NCBI RefSeq assembly: GCF_964204645.1
Contig: NC_134026.1
Coordinates: 19,626,150 to 19,690,149, forward strand
Source of the DNA: Tubulanus polymorphus
Taxonomy: Eukaryota; Animalia; Nemertea
Reading direction: 5' to 3'
DNA length: 64,000 nucleotides
Shown: positions 61,445 through 64,000 of the stretch, in pieces
Position numbering within the stretch: position 1 is the stretch's first letter
Layout of the letters: each line of letters opens with the position of its first letter
Made by a program: the position numbers and the translations under genes
The notes under the pieces: model-generated
Told to the model about the DNA's origin: nothing
Seen by the model: only the letters and a program-made list of their open reading frames with translations
Databases searched by the model: none

Positions 61445-64000
61445 CTAACATCCCATCCATCTTTTGTCCTTCGAAATCGGACCAACCATTGGATCGTTAC
61501 CAGTTCGGGTATAATAACTACAACATTAAGATATAAGCATATCACGTTTAGTTTACTTAATTTGAAATTTAAAAAGGATGACTACTATTGTTGATAAACG
61601 CACTTTAACCGCAATTTCAGAACTGGAGCCAAAGTCAAATAATGAATTTGATCCTGCCCACAGTGACCATGCCAAGTCAAATTAAACCTATACTCCTGTG
61701 AAACTGAAGTCAATGTGACTGCAAAACTGGGACCGAAGTAAAACGAAAACTACAACAGCAGCGGAAATTGAGTCAAAACTTTATGAGCTTTCAAACGAGA
61801 AATGTCGAGAATCTACTTACTATTGTCCCTGAAACATAAAGATTGTGTTTCCATGCATGGTTGCCGAGTCTATTTCACCTTGCGGTGCGTTCGGAAAATA
61901 ATCGGCTAACTTGTACTTCTTGTTTTTATCCTGATCTTCAGAGAACTCCCAGAAATATCCGTCCTAAAATAATCGAATGATACTCTTTATGCATCCACAG
62001 CGGGGATCGAAATGTACGGTCAGATCTAAGATTTCCACAAGGTATGAGGTATTAGAAAAGTGCTAAAATTACTAAAGTTACACCGGGGTACACCTATATG
62101 TTAAATTAGATACCTTCGATGATCGCGTTTATAACATTACAAAACCTATGGCCAGCTATGAAATCTTGTTCAAATAACATCTAATATCACATATAGAATT
62201 TGACGTTTTCAAATATTGTGCGAAGTTAAGAAGGGATCAGAGCTACCGAGATGAACACTCATTATTCCAGCGATTACCGGAAACGGATGTTTTGCGAGAC
62301 TGTTGCTCAATTCATCGGATATAATGTGCGCTAATAAGACTTTGTCCTCGTTTCAAGACTCACCTCAAGAATGACAGTCCAGCCGACGAAATCCAGAAAA
62401 GCGGCTTCTGGATTATGCGGGAAGTCCTGCCTATGGCTGTAGTCTTTCGGGTAGCCATTGTCCAGATGGAAACGATGTTCATTGCTGTTGTATCTATAAC
62501 GCCACAGTTTTCTACCTGTAGTTCAAAGAAAGCGATATTTGTTCAGTCCATAACCATTTTCCATTGGAACAAAAGTATCAAATCGCTATTCAATTACGAT
62601 TAGATAATTGGCTTCACGCACACATTCGAATGCGAAATGTGATATTGCCAAACGACAGGGATCTCACCTCCGAAAACTAGAGCGCTTTCCGTGCGTTTGT
62701 CGTACACCGCAGCTTGTATCGGTTGACCCGGTTCCGGAATCATCACATCTCTGACGTCAGTTTTCCGTTCGACACCGCTTCTATCGGATAATTCGTATAC
62801 CGTGTTTTCGTGGAACGCATAGGTCAATCCATCAGGGGCTGTAATATGACAAACGTCTTTCTATTTAAAAAATCGTAAGTTCGTCGTCCATCTCGTCCAT
62901 TTCATGCGCTGGAGAGTTGCCAGAGAGTGTTGCCAGAAGCGCGTCGCGAAGACGTATGCACTGAGAACGTGGTATTATAACTCGCAACTAAATGATGCAT
63001 AAGTACATATAATTTTCTTAGAGTTTAGAGCTCTCTACACGTAGAAAGTAGTACATGTCAAAACGCGTATGGAGAGGAATAGTTGAAACCTTGAAAAACA
63101 AGATGTGAAGCTAGATTTCAACAACTACCGAAGGAAAATTCAGCATACAACTTTCAATGAAACGATATTGGGCATTAATCATCAATGAAGATACTGACTA
63201 GATATAACGGCATCGAATGAGCCCTGACATGGTCCTGAGCCTGGTCTCATAGTTTTAGGTTCGTTTGGCTTGGCGGTCGTCCGTGGAACTGGACCACCCT
63301 TCTTACCTAGAATGAATATATATATATATATATATATATATGTTTTGAAAGTATAGAATATTTTGGTCAATGTTATCTGACTCATCCTCTAGTCCTTCTT
63401 TGTAATTAGGCATACACGCTCTTGTGATCTTATCGTCTAAAATTTTTTAAATAGAGAAGTTAAAGAATTTGAATTGAGAGTTCTCAAATATAGTGATGAG
63501 GACTATTTCCGACCTGAATTGCTTTTGCGTTAAGTTGGACTCACCATACAGCGATTGAATAGCGCGGACATCGTCGTCGGGAAGTCGAAATTCTTCAAAG
63601 CTCGTATAGCCTTGATACCACGGCGCCATAAGGGCCTCGGGGACTTCTGAGTGGGATAGTCCCAGACCGTGTCCGAGTTCGTGCGCGGCGACGATACGAA
63701 GGTTCGTTCCGTCGTCCGATCCTTCCGTCCACGTCTCATCCTCGTCGAAATGCGCGCGTCCATCTTCCGGGTAGAAACAGTGGGCCAAAGTACCACCTGG
63801 AATTTTACGGCACTGGCGGCATAGAGAAAATGTGTACGATAATATCATCGATTTAATGATGTCGTTAAGTACCTGGTCCGTCGAATGGATAACCGCAGCC
63901 GTGTTCGAATGGGCCGAATCCAAGTTCAAAATCCGCTTTAGCGTTCCTTGACACTTCACTGAATTCTATATTTGTCACTTCGTGCCAATAATTAAAAGCC
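61445..64000 (-). CDS. Matrix metalloproteinase, 3' exons (5' part beyond window); no lesion seen
   Basis: Exons [15 protein letters not shown]|[23 protein letters not shown]...[23 protein letters not shown]...[11 protein letters not shown]; hinge; hemopexin exons (FDAV, IQAAVYD, LWRY...GYPK, IFWEF); ...RWMGC* ends at 61445. Confidence 0.75.

Larger units (their letters stand above)
59007..64000 (+). repeat. Tandem duplicate of the GPCR-MMP unit starting about 53667
   Basis: Near-identical to 53667-58440 over about 4.7 kb. Confidence 0.85.

Overview
AT-rich, intron-containing animal (invertebrate-type) genomic DNA, not prokaryotic. (1) 4993-13626 (-): a complete 8-exon HMGXB4-like HMG-box gene; I checked every splice phase (1920 nt, 639 aa). 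(2) 13990-24583: a nest of transposons starting about 360 bp upstream of that gene's ATG. A PIF/Harbinger-like non-autonomous element contains an apparently intact 7.15-kb DIRS/PAT-type tyrosine-recombinase retrotransposon (gag, RT/RNaseH/methyltransferase-like, YR; split direct repeats). It also contains a Mutator-like MITE, which holds an IS3EU-like element, which holds a poly(A) retroposon fragment. The retrotransposon has a perfect 34-bp loxP-like palindrome at its A/B junction and recombined into its target at a shared AGT. All three of its ORFs open at phase-0 splice acceptors, suggesting expression by alternative splicing. (3) About 31200-34512: an extremely AT-rich island of small virus/Polinton-like ORFs with nested palindromes. 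(4) 28589-64000: a tandem-duplicated cluster of intronless rhodopsin-class GPCRs (4 intact, 1 shattered) interleaved with opposite-strand matrix metalloproteinase copies (2 clearly broken, 1 running off the window), plus LINE fragments, MITEs and a solo LTR. All calls come from reading motifs by eye; no database searches were run.
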